From contig CAWCKY010000006.1 in the NCBI GenBank assembly GCA_963796275.1, forward strand, positions 512,001 through 576,000: a stretch of DNA of 64,000 nt, written 5' to 3'. The DNA comes from an uncultured Acidobacteriota bacterium. Lineage in GTDB: Bacteria; Acidobacteriota; Blastocatellia; RBC074. Positions 19,261 to 28,884 of this stretch are shown here, piece by piece. The position numbers and the translations under genes are program-made. The notes below the pieces were generated by a model. The model saw only the letters and a program-made list of their open reading frames with translations, was not told the DNA's origin and did no database searches. The number at the start of each line of letters is the position of its first letter. Positions within the stretch are counted from its first letter, which is position 1.

Positions 19261-20604
19261 ATGAAAAACATCGATCGCCGTGATTTCATCAAATCCACCG
19301 CCGAAGCGGCCGCCGTCGGCGCGCTCGGTTTCAATATCAGAAGCTACGCGGGTAGCCCGAACGACACCATTCGCGTCGCCATCGTCGGCCTGCGCGGCCA
19401 GGGAAATTCGCATATCGGAGCATACTCGAAAATGGCCAACGTCGAGATCGCCGCGCTCTGTGACGTCGACGAATCGATTCTCAAGAAAGGTTGTCAGGCC
19501 GTAGAAAAGAACGGCAAAAAACCGAAAGAGTTCGTCGACATTCGCAAACTGCTCGAGGACAAATCGATCGATGCCATCTCGATCGCCACGCCCAATCACT
19601 GGCACAGCCTGATGGGCATCTGGGCGTGCCAGGCGGGTAAAGATGTCTATGTCGAAAAGCCCTGTTCGCATACCTTCTGGGAAGGCAAACAACTCGTCGC
19701 CGCCGCGCGCAAGTACAATCGCATAGTCCAGCACGGTACCAACAGCCGTTCGACTGTCGCTCTCCGTGAGGCCATGCAGAAGCTTCAGGAAGGCGTCATC
19801 GGCGACGTCTACATGGCTCGCGGGTTGTGCTTCAAGTGGCGCAACACAATAGATAAGAAACCGGATGAGCAGGCGCCGTCCGGAGTCGATTACGATCTCT
19901 GGCTCGGCCCCGCGCCCAAACGCCCGTTCAATCCCAATCGGTTTCATTACAATTGGCATTGGAATTGGGACTACGGCAATGGCGACATAGGCAATCAGGG
20001 CATCCACGAGATGGACATCTGCCGCTGGGGGCTGGGCGTCACCCTGCCCGAAAAAGTCTGCTCGATGGGCGGCCATTACATGTTCGAAGACGACCAGCAG
20101 ACGCCCAACACTCAGATCTCCAGTCTGGAATTCAACAAAAACGGCAAGAAGGTTCTGATAGTCTTCGAGGTACGTCACTGGATGACCAATAATGAAGCGG
20201 CAATCGGTCAGAAGCGCGATGAGAAGGGAATACTCACCGGGAGCAGCGACTGCATCGGCAACGTCTTCTATGGATCGGAAGGGTATATGGCTATCGAGGG
20301 ATATAATTCGTACAAAACCTATCTGGGCAGGAAGCAGGAGCCCGGGCCGAGCCGAAGAGAAGGCGGAAGCAACTGGGAGAATTTCATCCAGGCGGTCCGC
20401 AGCCGCAAGCGTGAAGACCTGAACGCAGATATCGAAGAGGGCCACCTCTCCTCCGCGCTGGTCCACCTGTCGAACATCTCCTACCGTCTCGGTCGCTCGA
20501 TCGATTTCGATCCGGCCAAAGATCAGATCGTCAAAGACTCCGAGGCCAACGCGATGTTGCGGCGAAAATATCGGCAACCATTCGCGGTTCCCGATAAGGT
20601 CTGA
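19261..20604 (+). CDS. Tat-exported Gfo/Idh/MocA family oxidoreductase
   Basis: DRRDFIK twin-arginine signal, VAIVGLRGQG Rossmann motif, IATPNHWH, GKDVYVEKP, GDIGNQGIH. Confidence 0.92.
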   Translation: MKNIDRRDFIKSTAEAAAVGALGFNIRSYAGSPNDTIRVAIVGLRGQGNSHIGAYSKMANVEIAALCDVDESILKKGCQAVEKNGKKPKEFVDIRKLLEDKSIDAISIATPNHWHSLMGIWACQAGKDVYVEKPCSHTFWEGKQLVAAARKYNRIVQHGTNSRSTVALREAMQKLQEGVIGDVYMARGLCFKWRNTIDKKPDEQAPSGVDYDLWLGPAPKRPFNPNRFHYNWHWNWDYGNGDIGNQGIHEMDICRWGLGVTLPEKVCSMGGHYMFEDDQQTPNTQISSLEFNKNGKKVLIVFEVRHWMTNNEAAIGQKRDEKGILTGSSDCIGNVFYGSEGYMAIEGYNSYKTYLGRKQEPGPSRREGGSNWENFIQAVRSRKREDLNADIEEGHLSSALVHLSNISYRLGRSIDFDPAKDQIVKDSEANAMLRRKYRQPFAVPDKV

Positions 20605-20648
20605 ACATCTCGACGATTTTTGATGCAGATGAAATAAGCGATCATCCA

Positions 20649-20700
20649 GGCAAGCGGAACAGGCGTGGAATGCCCATGTTTACGCCGGTTCCGCTTGTTT
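20649..20700 (+). terminator. hairpin/terminator after the oxidoreductase
   Basis: GGCAAGCGGAAC.GGCGT...ACGCC.GTTCCGCTTGTT inverted repeat. Confidence 0.55.
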
Positions 20701-20938
20701 CGTATTCACTTGACTCCGCTACACGCAAGGTATAGTGTCCATCCGCGGATTAATACTTCCCAACATAATAAAAACGATTCACTCCGGAATAGCTTTGCTG
20801 GTAGGCGTTCAAGCCGTCTCGCATGACGTCTTGAAATCTACGAAATAGTCTCAGTGATCAAGTTTCAGTAATTGGTAACAAAAAAACTGAAAACTTATTA
20901 CTGGACTATCAAGACCCACCAGGAAAAGGAGAATTATT

Positions 20939-23900
20939 ATGTTCGCGACCCCCTCAAAGGTTCGGGCATCGGGCTTCGAACTTCGCATATTTTTGTTATT
21001 ACTGGCTGTACTTTTACCGATTGAGATCTCGGCCCAGAGCACCAACGCTACGCTCAATGGCACGGTCCTCGATCAGAGCGGCGCCGTAATTCCCGGCGCC
21101 GAATTGACGCTCATAAATACTGCCACGGGATTTGAAGCCAGGTTCACTTCAAATGAGAGAGGTGAGTTCACTTTCCGCAACTTGACGCCAGGCACATACG
21201 ATTTAAAGACGGCCAGACAGGGTTTTCAGAACTATCTGAAAAAAGGGATCATTTTGACCATCAACTCCAATGTCCGGGTTGACGCTACCCTGACTGTCGG
21301 TGGTCAGTCCGAGACTGTTACGGTCTCAGGCGATACCTCGCTGATCAATCATGAAAATGCCACGTTGCAGGGAGGCATCGCGCCCGATACGCTCAATAAT
21401 TTGCCGATCGTCGTCGGTGGTGCGCCCCGTTCATCGATGAGTCTGGCGGTGCTCCTTCCCGGCGTCACTACCAGCAGCAGCGGGCAGGCATTCAATTCCC
21501 GCATCAATGGCGGGTTGCAGATGGGCGATGAGGCTGTTTTCGATGGAGTCAGCATGCAGCAGGGTTTCATGAATCAGTCCGGGATGGTATCGCTCCAGGG
21601 CGATTTCCAGATGTCGCCGGATATGGTCAGCGAGGTCAAAGTGGTGACATCGAATTACGATGCGCAGTATGGTTCGACGACCTCCGGCCAATTAATTGTG
21701 GTGACCAAATCGGGCGGGACCGATTACCACGGTGCGCTTTTTGAATATCACCGCAACCGGGTGCTCAATGCCCGGCCCTGGAATGCGATCGAGCGCCCAT
21801 TCAACATACAAAATAACTTCGGCGCGAATATCGGCGGTCCGGTCTGGCTGCCAAAGAAGGTCTTCGGTCCGGCCGGTTACGAAAGGAACGGGAAATATCG
21901 GACGTTCTTTTATTTCAACTGGGAATCGTTTCGCGCCGCAGGTGGCGCCAATGTGCCCACGCTAAATATCCCCTCGCTTAAAGCTCGGGTCGGAGATTTC
22001 ACAGACTGGAGAGACGCCAATGGAAATCTGATTCCGGTCTACGATCCCCGGAGCACCACGGCCAATCCGGCGTTCAACTCGGCTCTCCCGGCGAGCGCAA
22101 CTAACCAGCCGGTTTTACGAAATCAGGTCTCGTGCAATGGCGTGCTCAATGTGATATGTCCCGGCGAGATCAACCCGATCGCGGCGGCTTATCTGGGTTT
22201 CATGCCTGAGCCCAACCGCCCCGGCGAACTCAACAATTACGTGCTACCGCGGGCCGTGCCAAATACGTTGATCAATGGCTCCAATGTCTACATGTTCCGG
22301 ATCGATCAGCACATTGGAGAGAGCGACCATTTCTATTTCACCTACTGGCGGCAATTTGCGGCGATCAATCTGGCATCGGCTCTCCCGGTCCCGATTGCCA
22401 CCGAGAGTCCGACCAATCCGCAGAACTCTCCCATTCCACGCTTCAACTGGGAGCATATATTCAGCCCGAAGCTGACGAATCACCTTGCGGTGGGTTATCT
22501 CAACAGGAATGAAGGCTACGGTTCGCTCAACCTCGATTTCGTCGGGCAACTACCACAAGTCAGGGGGGTGGCCAGCAACCTCTACCTGCCCGAGTTCCAA
22601 TTCGGTGACAGCTTCGGACAGACAGGTCCCGGCATCTTCAATCAGATAGGCAACAGCGAGGGGATCAATGCGCGAAACATCACCACTCGTCCGACGTGGG
22701 TGGTGAATGACCTGCTGAGCTATGTCACCGGCAACCACACCTTGAAGTTCGGCGGCGAATGGCGCAATGCTGGAGGCAACATACGGCAGGGGACGAATGA
22801 ATCTGGCATGTTCCTATTCCGGAACGATACGACCAGCCTGCCTTTCATCAACAGTGGAAATCCAATTGCCGGATTTCTATTGGGAGCGGTCAGCCAGGGG
22901 AGCGTCGATTTCCGATCCGTCAGCGCATGGTATCCGCGCCAGTGGGTCTACGTCGTTCACGGCGGTGACAGCTGGAAGATCACGCCCAAGCTGACGGTCA
23001 ACTATGGCGTGCGCTGGGACGTCTTCACGCCTTTTCGCGAAAAATTCAACAATCTATCTTTCTTCGATCCGGCAGGGGCGAACCCGGGAGCCGGCGGACG
23101 TCCCGGGCGTCTGGCTTTCGCAGGCGATGATTACGGGGAGGCCAGTTTCGGAAGAGAGCATCCGGAAGAGACGTGGCAGAAGGGGTTCGCGCCGCGATTT
23201 GGCGTAGCGTACTCCTGGGATCAGAAGACCGTTATCCGTGCAGGTTACGGCGTCTTTTACACCCAGGCCTTCTATCCCGGATGGGGCGGGGGAATGTCGC
23301 TCGATGGTTTCAACGTTCAACAAACATTCAGCACGACCGGGTTTAACAATATCGTGCCGGCTTTCTATCTGCAGGACGGGTTCCCCCAGAATTTCCAGCG
23401 GCCGCCGTTCATTAACGAGGACTTCAAGAACGGTCAGGACATCCTCTATCGCCCGGTGGATGCTAATCGCCGGTCATACGCTCAGCAATGGAACTTGACC
23501 ATAGAGCGCGAATTACCGCAGGGCATATTCGCCAGCGTGGCATACGTCGGCAACAAGGGCACGCGTCTGCCGTCGAGCCTGCAGCCGCTCAACGTGCTCA
23601 ATCCGAACGATCCCAGAATCCAGAGCCTCGGTGCGAGCCTGCTAGAAAACTTCCGTCCGGGCGAGACGGTTAAGTTCGCCGGCACTCCTAACGAGGTCGC
23701 GATTCCATATGCCGGGTGGAGGGAGCAAATGCAGAGCTGCGCGCCGAGCGTGGCGCAGGCGCTCTTGCCCTATCCGCAATACTGCTCGCGCCTCCAGGGG
23801 CTCAACGAGAATGTGGGCAACTCGATCTATCATTCATTCCAGGCCAGGGCGGAGAGGCGGTTCAGTAAGGGCATCTATATGTTCTTATCCTACACCGCGT

Positions 23901-24622
23901 CGAAACTGATCGCGGATGCATCCGACACAACCCAGCGGGGGAGCGGCGATCTTGATAACACGCAATTGGTCTTCTCGCCATTCCAACGCGATCGATACCG
24001 CACGCTCTCCGTCGATGATGTTCCGCAGGTGCTGTCCGCGGCTATCGTGTATGAATTGCCATTCGGGAAGGGACAGCGGTGGTTCACTGGCGGCGTGGGC
24101 GGCGCGATATTAAGCGGGTGGCAGGTGAGTACGATTTTACGATACTCGCGCGGCATTCCGTTCTACTTCCGCTCGGGACAGTGCGATGTGCCTGAACAAT
24201 TCCGGCAGCGATGCGCGGTCGGGGTCTTATCGGGAGCGAATCCATTCATGCAAGATGTCAACGACTTCGATCCGGGCAGAGGCCCGCTCTTCGACATCAA
24301 CGCCTTCGAGCCTCTCTCGTCATTCACGCAGTTCGGGTATACGGGAACCGGATTGCGCATTACCAATCTGAGGGGACCGAGCTTCAAGAACGTCGACTTC
24401 AATTTGATCAAGAACATCCAGATCAACGATAGGATGAGGTTCCAGCTGCGAGGGGAGTTCTTCAATCTCTTCAACACGCATTACTTCGTCAATGCCAGCG
24501 GTTTCAACATCGGCGGAAATCTGCCGTATAACACCGATATCGCCAGCCCGACGTTCGGACAATGGACTGGCAATGTTTCCGATCCCAGGACCATTCAGAT
24601 AGGCGCGAGGTTTGAATTTTAA
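20939..24622 (+). CDS. TonB-dependent receptor-like protein (Oar-type)
   Basis: 1227 aa; GTVLDQSGAVIPGAEL, EVKVVTSNYDAQYGSTTSG, DSWKITPKLTVNYGVRWD, C-terminal GARFEF. Confidence 0.93.
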   Translation: MFATPSKVRASGFELRIFLLLLAVLLPIEISAQSTNATLNGTVLDQSGAVIPGAELTLINTATGFEARFTSNERGEFTFRNLTPGTYDLKTARQGFQNYLKKGIILTINSNVRVDATLTVGGQSETVTVSGDTSLINHENATLQGGIAPDTLNNLPIVVGGAPRSSMSLAVLLPGVTTSSSGQAFNSRINGGLQMGDEAVFDGVSMQQGFMNQSGMVSLQGDFQMSPDMVSEVKVVTSNYDAQYGSTTSGQLIVVTKSGGTDYHGALFEYHRNRVLNARPWNAIERPFNIQNNFGANIGGPVWLPKKVFGPAGYERNGKYRTFFYFNWESFRAAGGANVPTLNIPSLKARVGDFTDWRDANGNLIPVYDPRSTTANPAFNSALPASATNQPVLRNQVSCNGVLNVICPGEINPIAAAYLGFMPEPNRPGELNNYVLPRAVPNTLINGSNVYMFRIDQHIGESDHFYFTYWRQFAAINLASALPVPIATESPTNPQNSPIPRFNWEHIFSPKLTNHLAVGYLNRNEGYGSLNLDFVGQLPQVRGVASNLYLPEFQFGDSFGQTGPGIFNQIGNSEGINARNITTRPTWVVNDLLSYVTGNHTLKFGGEWRNAGGNIRQGTNESGMFLFRNDTTSLPFINSGNPIAGFLLGAVSQGSVDFRSVSAWYPRQWVYVVHGGDSWKITPKLTVNYGVRWDVFTPFREKFNNLSFFDPAGANPGAGGRPGRLAFAGDDYGEASFGREHPEETWQKGFAPRFGVAYSWDQKTVIRAGYGVFYTQAFYPGWGGGMSLDGFNVQQTFSTTGFNNIVPAFYLQDGFPQNFQRPPFINEDFKNGQDILYRPVDANRRSYAQQWNLTIERELPQGIFASVAYVGNKGTRLPSSLQPLNVLNPNDPRIQSLGASLLENFRPGETVKFAGTPNEVAIPYAGWREQMQSCAPSVAQALLPYPQYCSRLQGLNENVGNSIYHSFQARAERRFSKGIYMFLSYTASKLIADASDTTQRGSGDLDNTQLVFSPFQRDRYRTLSVDDVPQVLSAAIVYELPFGKGQRWFTGGVGGAILSGWQVSTILRYSRGIPFYFRSGQCDVPEQFRQRCAVGVLSGANPFMQDVNDFDPGRGPLFDINAFEPLSSFTQFGYTGTGLRITNLRGPSFKNVDFNLIKNIQINDRMRFQLRGEFFNLFNTHYFVNASGFNIGGNLPYNTDIASPTFGQWTGNVSDPRTIQIGARFEF

Positions 24623-24624
24623 TT

Positions 24625-24706
24625 TCAGTGCCTCGAACGGTAGCGGGCTGAGTCCCACCAATCGCCGATTGATGAAAACTTGCTCGCTACCGCCCGCGGT
24701 ACTGAC
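24625..24706. repeat. REP-like palindromic element overlapping the 3' end of the TPR gene
   Basis: TCAGTGCC...CGGTAGCGGGC / GCTCGCTACCG...GGTACTGA inverted arms. Confidence 0.55.
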
Positions 24707-25685
24707 TCTTCAGCTTCTGAAATTGTGCGATAGCTTCCTGTGCGCTGGCCGTATCGCCGAGTTTTTGATAAATCCTGCTCAGCGTGTAATACGGTTCAGG
24801 ATAGGTTGGATCTAAAGCAGCCGTCTTTTTCAAAGTTTCAATGGCTTCGGAGTATTTGCCGCGTTTTTCAAGAAGCACCCCGAGTTGGTAGTGAGTCTGT
24901 GGCAGCTTTGGATCGTAATGCAAGGCTTCGCGCAACAGCCGTTCGGATTCCTCCAGGTTTCCTCTGGCGGTCAGAACGACCGCGAGATTGACGTGCGGCC
25001 AAGGTGACGGCTTCGCCTGAAGGCGATTCAGTTCGATCGCTTTGCGGTAATAAAAGATCGCCTCATCGAATCGGCCGAGAAAGTCGTAGCACAGCCCGAG
25101 GTTGTCGTAAGCCCGCATCATTCGGGGATCGAGCTCTATCACTTTGAGCAACCTCGCCATCGCCTCATTGTATCTCTGCGCGTCATAATCGAGCCGCGCG
25201 AGCCAGTAGAGGTAGAGAGGACTTTGAGGGACGGCCTGGACGAGCTTCTCCAGTTCAGCCCGCGCCCAGTCGCTGCGTTTGAGTTTGATGTATGCCATCG
25301 CAAGCGTGAATCGGCTGCGCTCGTCGAGCGGCGAGATGGCCCCGGCTTTTTTGAAGGCGATGGCGGAATTGAGATAATCTCCATCGATGAAAAATATCCC
25401 CGCCGCCATTCTGAGCAGCTCGGCGGATTTCGGGTTTCTGTTGATCTCTTCGATCAGGATAGTCTCGGCCCGTTTGTAATCGCGTGCGGCGAAGGCTTTT
25501 TCCAGCTCATCGCGGCGCGTGGGATCGAGAGATGAGCGGCGGATGCCGTGAAGGATCGGATCGGATGCGATCGATTCCTGGTCGATTGTGCCGGTTTGAG
25601 CAGCGATAAGCGGGAAGGACGAAAGAAGAAGTGTCATTAATAGTATGGGAAATAATATGGGAAATTTTGAAATGACCCTTCGCAT
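24687..25685 (-). CDS. exported TPR protein
   Basis: Signal peptide followed by many TPRs (AYDNLGLCY, THYQLGVLL, PYYTLSRIY). Confidence 0.88.
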   Translation of the reverse strand: MRRVISKFPILFPILLMTLLLSSFPLIAAQTGTIDQESIASDPILHGIRRSSLDPTRRDELEKAFAARDYKRAETILIEEINRNPKSAELLRMAAGIFFIDGDYLNSAIAFKKAGAISPLDERSRFTLAMAYIKLKRSDWARAELEKLVQAVPQSPLYLYWLARLDYDAQRYNEAMARLLKVIELDPRMMRAYDNLGLCYDFLGRFDEAIFYYRKAIELNRLQAKPSPWPHVNLAVVLTARGNLEESERLLREALHYDPKLPQTHYQLGVLLEKRGKYSEAIETLKKTAALDPTYPEPYYTLSRIYQKLGDTASAQEAIAQFQKLKSQYRGR

Positions 25686-25746
25686 AGCATAAGATTAATA
25701 CTAACCACAAAAAACACAACAAGATAAAGCGCCCAGAGCAAGAATT

Positions 25747-27336
25747 ATGAATCGCATTCGAAACAGTCTGAAATATTTCGTTTGTTTCGTTATTTTTGTT
25801 TGTTTCACGTTCTCCTGTTTCATCGCCAAGGCGCAGACTGGCAATGAGCAGCGCATCATCCAAATTCAAGAATTGATGCAACAGGGCAACCTATCCGCGG
25901 CGCGTAAACTTTTATCCCAGTCGAAGAGGGAATATCCGGTCGATCCCGGACTTGACAACTTGCTCGGGATCATCGAAGCGCAGGAAAAGAACTACAAAGC
26001 GGCGGAGGCTGCTTTCCAACGCGCCATCGCGCGCGCGCCGAAATTCACCAACGCCTATTTGAATCTGGGACGGCTCTATCAGCAAAACCCCACAGCCGAT
26101 GCGGAAGCGCTACCGAAAGCCCTGCAAACCTATCGTAAGGTTTTGCTCTATCAACCCGATAATCTCGAAGCCAATTATCAAACCGCGGTGCTGCTTCAAT
26201 TGCGCGGAGATCACCGGGCATCGCTCGCGCAGCTTACACGATTGCCGGAGGACTATCGGCGTAGCGCCCAGTCTCTCTCGCTCTACTGCGCAAATTATAC
26301 CGGTCTCGGTGACCACCTACGCGCCCATGAAACGGCGGACATATTGATAAAACATCCGAATTTTTCCGAGGCGGATGTGATGTCGATCCTCCCCTCGCTC
26401 GCAAAAGTGCGGGAATCTGATCTCTCGGTAAAATTGCTGGAAGCGCTAATCGAACGAAATATGGGATCGCCGGAAGCGATCTACCGTCTGGGTCTGCTCT
26501 ATGAGCAGCTGAGCCGTTTCGACGATGCGCGAGCGATGTTGGAAAAATCGGTGGCCGGCGGAAAGCCGCTCGCCGGATTGCTCATCGACCTCGCGCGGAT
26601 CGCCCACAAGCAGCGCGACTACAAGGGGGCGCTCGGTTATCTGGCGCACGCCCGAGATCTCGAACCGCAAAATGCGAGTATCCACTATTTCTTCGGTATT
26701 GTTTGCATCGATATGAATCTCGGCGCGGAAGCGCACGCCGCGCTGAGCAAAGCGGTCAACCTGGAACCCGAAAATCCGCAGTACACCTTCGCTATGGGGT
26801 TTGTCTCTTCACACCGGCGCAATCCCGAAGAAGCGATCCCGTATCTGGAGAAGTATTTGCAGCTAAAGCCGGGCGATCCGCGCGGCCGTCTGATTATCGG
26901 TATGGCATATTTCAGAAGCAAAAATTATGAAGCCGCGCGAATAGAACTGATGAAAGCCGCAAAGAATAAAGAGACTGCGGCTACCGCCCAATATTACCTG
27001 GGCAGCATCGCCCGTCAGGAGAACAGAATAGATGAAGCCGTACGCGATCTCGAGCAGGCTTTGCAGATCAGACCGGATTATGCGGATGCCCTGGCTGAAT
27101 TGGGGCAGTGCCGCCTGCAACAAAGAGATTATGTGAGTGCAGAAAAACTTCTGCGGCAAGCGCTCGAGATCGATTCTCAGCATTACAACGCGAACTTTAA
27201 TCTCTTGACTCTGTTTAGCCGCACAAAAGACCCGCGAGCTACCGAACAGGCGACAAAATTCGATGAGATAAAAAAAAGACGCGAGGAGAGAGCGCAGGAT
27301 TTTATGCGAGGCATCGAAGTTCGACCATATCAGTGA
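25747..27336 (+). CDS. exported TPR protein
   Basis: 529 aa, TPRs throughout (AYLNLGRLY, AQYYLGSIA, ALAELGQC). Confidence 0.88.
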   Translation: MNRIRNSLKYFVCFVIFVCFTFSCFIAKAQTGNEQRIIQIQELMQQGNLSAARKLLSQSKREYPVDPGLDNLLGIIEAQEKNYKAAEAAFQRAIARAPKFTNAYLNLGRLYQQNPTADAEALPKALQTYRKVLLYQPDNLEANYQTAVLLQLRGDHRASLAQLTRLPEDYRRSAQSLSLYCANYTGLGDHLRAHETADILIKHPNFSEADVMSILPSLAKVRESDLSVKLLEALIERNMGSPEAIYRLGLLYEQLSRFDDARAMLEKSVAGGKPLAGLLIDLARIAHKQRDYKGALGYLAHARDLEPQNASIHYFFGIVCIDMNLGAEAHAALSKAVNLEPENPQYTFAMGFVSSHRRNPEEAIPYLEKYLQLKPGDPRGRLIIGMAYFRSKNYEAARIELMKAAKNKETAATAQYYLGSIARQENRIDEAVRDLEQALQIRPDYADALAELGQCRLQQRDYVSAEKLLRQALEIDSQHYNANFNLLTLFSRTKDPRATEQATKFDEIKKRREERAQDFMRGIEVRPYQ

Positions 27337-27641
27337 TTCTTAGAGCCGGCTTAAAAACGATTTTTTTCATCATTTTACGCTTGTAAGTGATCTATGAAGG
27401 GTGAATAATCCGTACTCACAAATGTTTGGGGAATATTAGGGACGAACAGCCTCGGCAAATTAACGATAAGTCCTTGATATTGGTCAACGCTGAGAATTAT
27501 TAATATAATAAAGTAATAGATCTATCTGGTTTTCAACTGAAGAATTATCAGGCATAATAACGCCCTTACGAAAACGGAAAAAGAAGAGTGCCTCGCGAAA
27601 TATATCCCCCACAACTCAAAATAGCCAAAGGTAGAACGCAT

Positions 27642-28784
27642 ATGAAGAAATCTGGTCTCTCTCTGGTTTTTTCGCTGCTTGTATTGTTAGGGATTAATGG
27701 ACATACAGCAGCCCAATCAACTCGATACACGGTTCAGCTTGAGGCTACACAAGAGCTTGATGTAGCGCTTAATAAGGTGAAGGGATTCAAGGGACAGGGC
27801 TTGGATGCATACATTGTCAAGATCGATGTGCAGGACAAAGGGACCTTCTATCGTATACGTGTTGGGAATTTTCCGACTCAGGCTGACGCTCGCAAATACG
27901 CCGCTGATTTGCAAAGACTGGGCTTTTCCAGCGAATTCTACATTGCCCCTTACGAGGCTCCGCAGGGTGATTTGCCCGAAGCGGCACCAACGCGCGGTGT
28001 AGCAGCGCCGGCAGCCGGAGCTGGAAGCACTCCGCCGGCCAAGGAACAGCCGAAGAAGGAAGAACCGAAGCAACCGGCGCCTTCTGCGAGTACGCCTCCG
28101 CCTGCACCGCCGGCTAAAGACCCGGCGAAGCAATCGGCGGCGTCCGCGAAAGCTGCGCCGGCGGGTGGCAATGAGCAAAAGCTAGTCGCCAACCTTACCA
28201 GCGCGACGACCAATCCGATAACGCCTCCGGCACCCGCGCCGGTTACGGCCGCCCCTGCGGCTGCGGCGGTCAATCCGGCCGCCCTCAATTTCATCAGGTT
28301 CCAGGACCAGGCGATCGGTTACTCGTTCGAGCGGCCGCAGGCCTGGGAAGGCGGCCAATTGGATACGAAAGATACGCAGGATCAGAAGGTCAGCGCCGGC
28401 GCCCTCTTCAAGTCTTATCAGGATTCGGCGTTCATAACCGCCATCTGGAACACTCTGGAAAAGGCCAACAGTCCCGAACAGGATAACGACCTGATCGTTC
28501 AGTTGATTCTCCAGAGCATGGGATCTGACGCGGGAACACAACAGATGACCGAGACGAGTCGCAAGGTCGTGAGCGAAAACGGAACCATAAAGACCTATCT
28601 CGATTTAAAAGCGACCTTCAAATCACAGGGCCAGGAAGGGCCTCTCGATTTCCTCGGCAAGGGTGTGATCGCACGCACCAACAAGGGAATCCTGCTTGTT
28701 GTCGCCTTCTATTGGCAGGGTGGCCCGCCATACGTTTCAGGCGTAGCGGACAAGATCATCGCATCGGTGAAGCCGCCACTATAA
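27642..28784 (+). CDS. SPOR-domain protein with Pro/Ala linker and PsbP-like C-terminal domain
   Basis: Signal MKKSGLSLVFSLLVLLG; SPOR motif YTVQL...FYRIRVGNFPTQADARKYA; long P/A-rich linker; FQDQAIGYSFERPQAWE resembles the start of a PsbP-like fold. Confidence 0.8.
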   Translation: MKKSGLSLVFSLLVLLGINGHTAAQSTRYTVQLEATQELDVALNKVKGFKGQGLDAYIVKIDVQDKGTFYRIRVGNFPTQADARKYAADLQRLGFSSEFYIAPYEAPQGDLPEAAPTRGVAAPAAGAGSTPPAKEQPKKEEPKQPAPSASTPPPAPPAKDPAKQSAASAKAAPAGGNEQKLVANLTSATTNPITPPAPAPVTAAPAAAAVNPAALNFIRFQDQAIGYSFERPQAWEGGQLDTKDTQDQKVSAGALFKSYQDSAFITAIWNTLEKANSPEQDNDLIVQLILQSMGSDAGTQQMTETSRKVVSENGTIKTYLDLKATFKSQGQEGPLDFLGKGVIARTNKGILLVVAFYWQGGPPYVSGVADKIIASVKPPL

Positions 28785-28785
28785 G

Positions 28786-28875
28786 TCACCAAAAATCGCA
28801 ATAGGACAAAAAAACCAAAACAAGTATATCCGGAGCTTGTTATGAGTTTTTTGTCCTTATGCATTTTTTTGGTGA
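28786..28875. repeat. long imperfect inverted repeat between convergent genes
   Basis: TCACCAAAAA...AGGACAAAAAA / TTTTTTGTCCT...TTTTTGGTGA. Confidence 0.65.
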
Positions 28876-28884
28876 ATTTTATTT

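Noticed and set aside
19246-20577. 443-aa minus-strand ORF
   Set aside because: Lies entirely antisense to the Gfo/Idh/MocA gene; typical of GC-biased codon usage.
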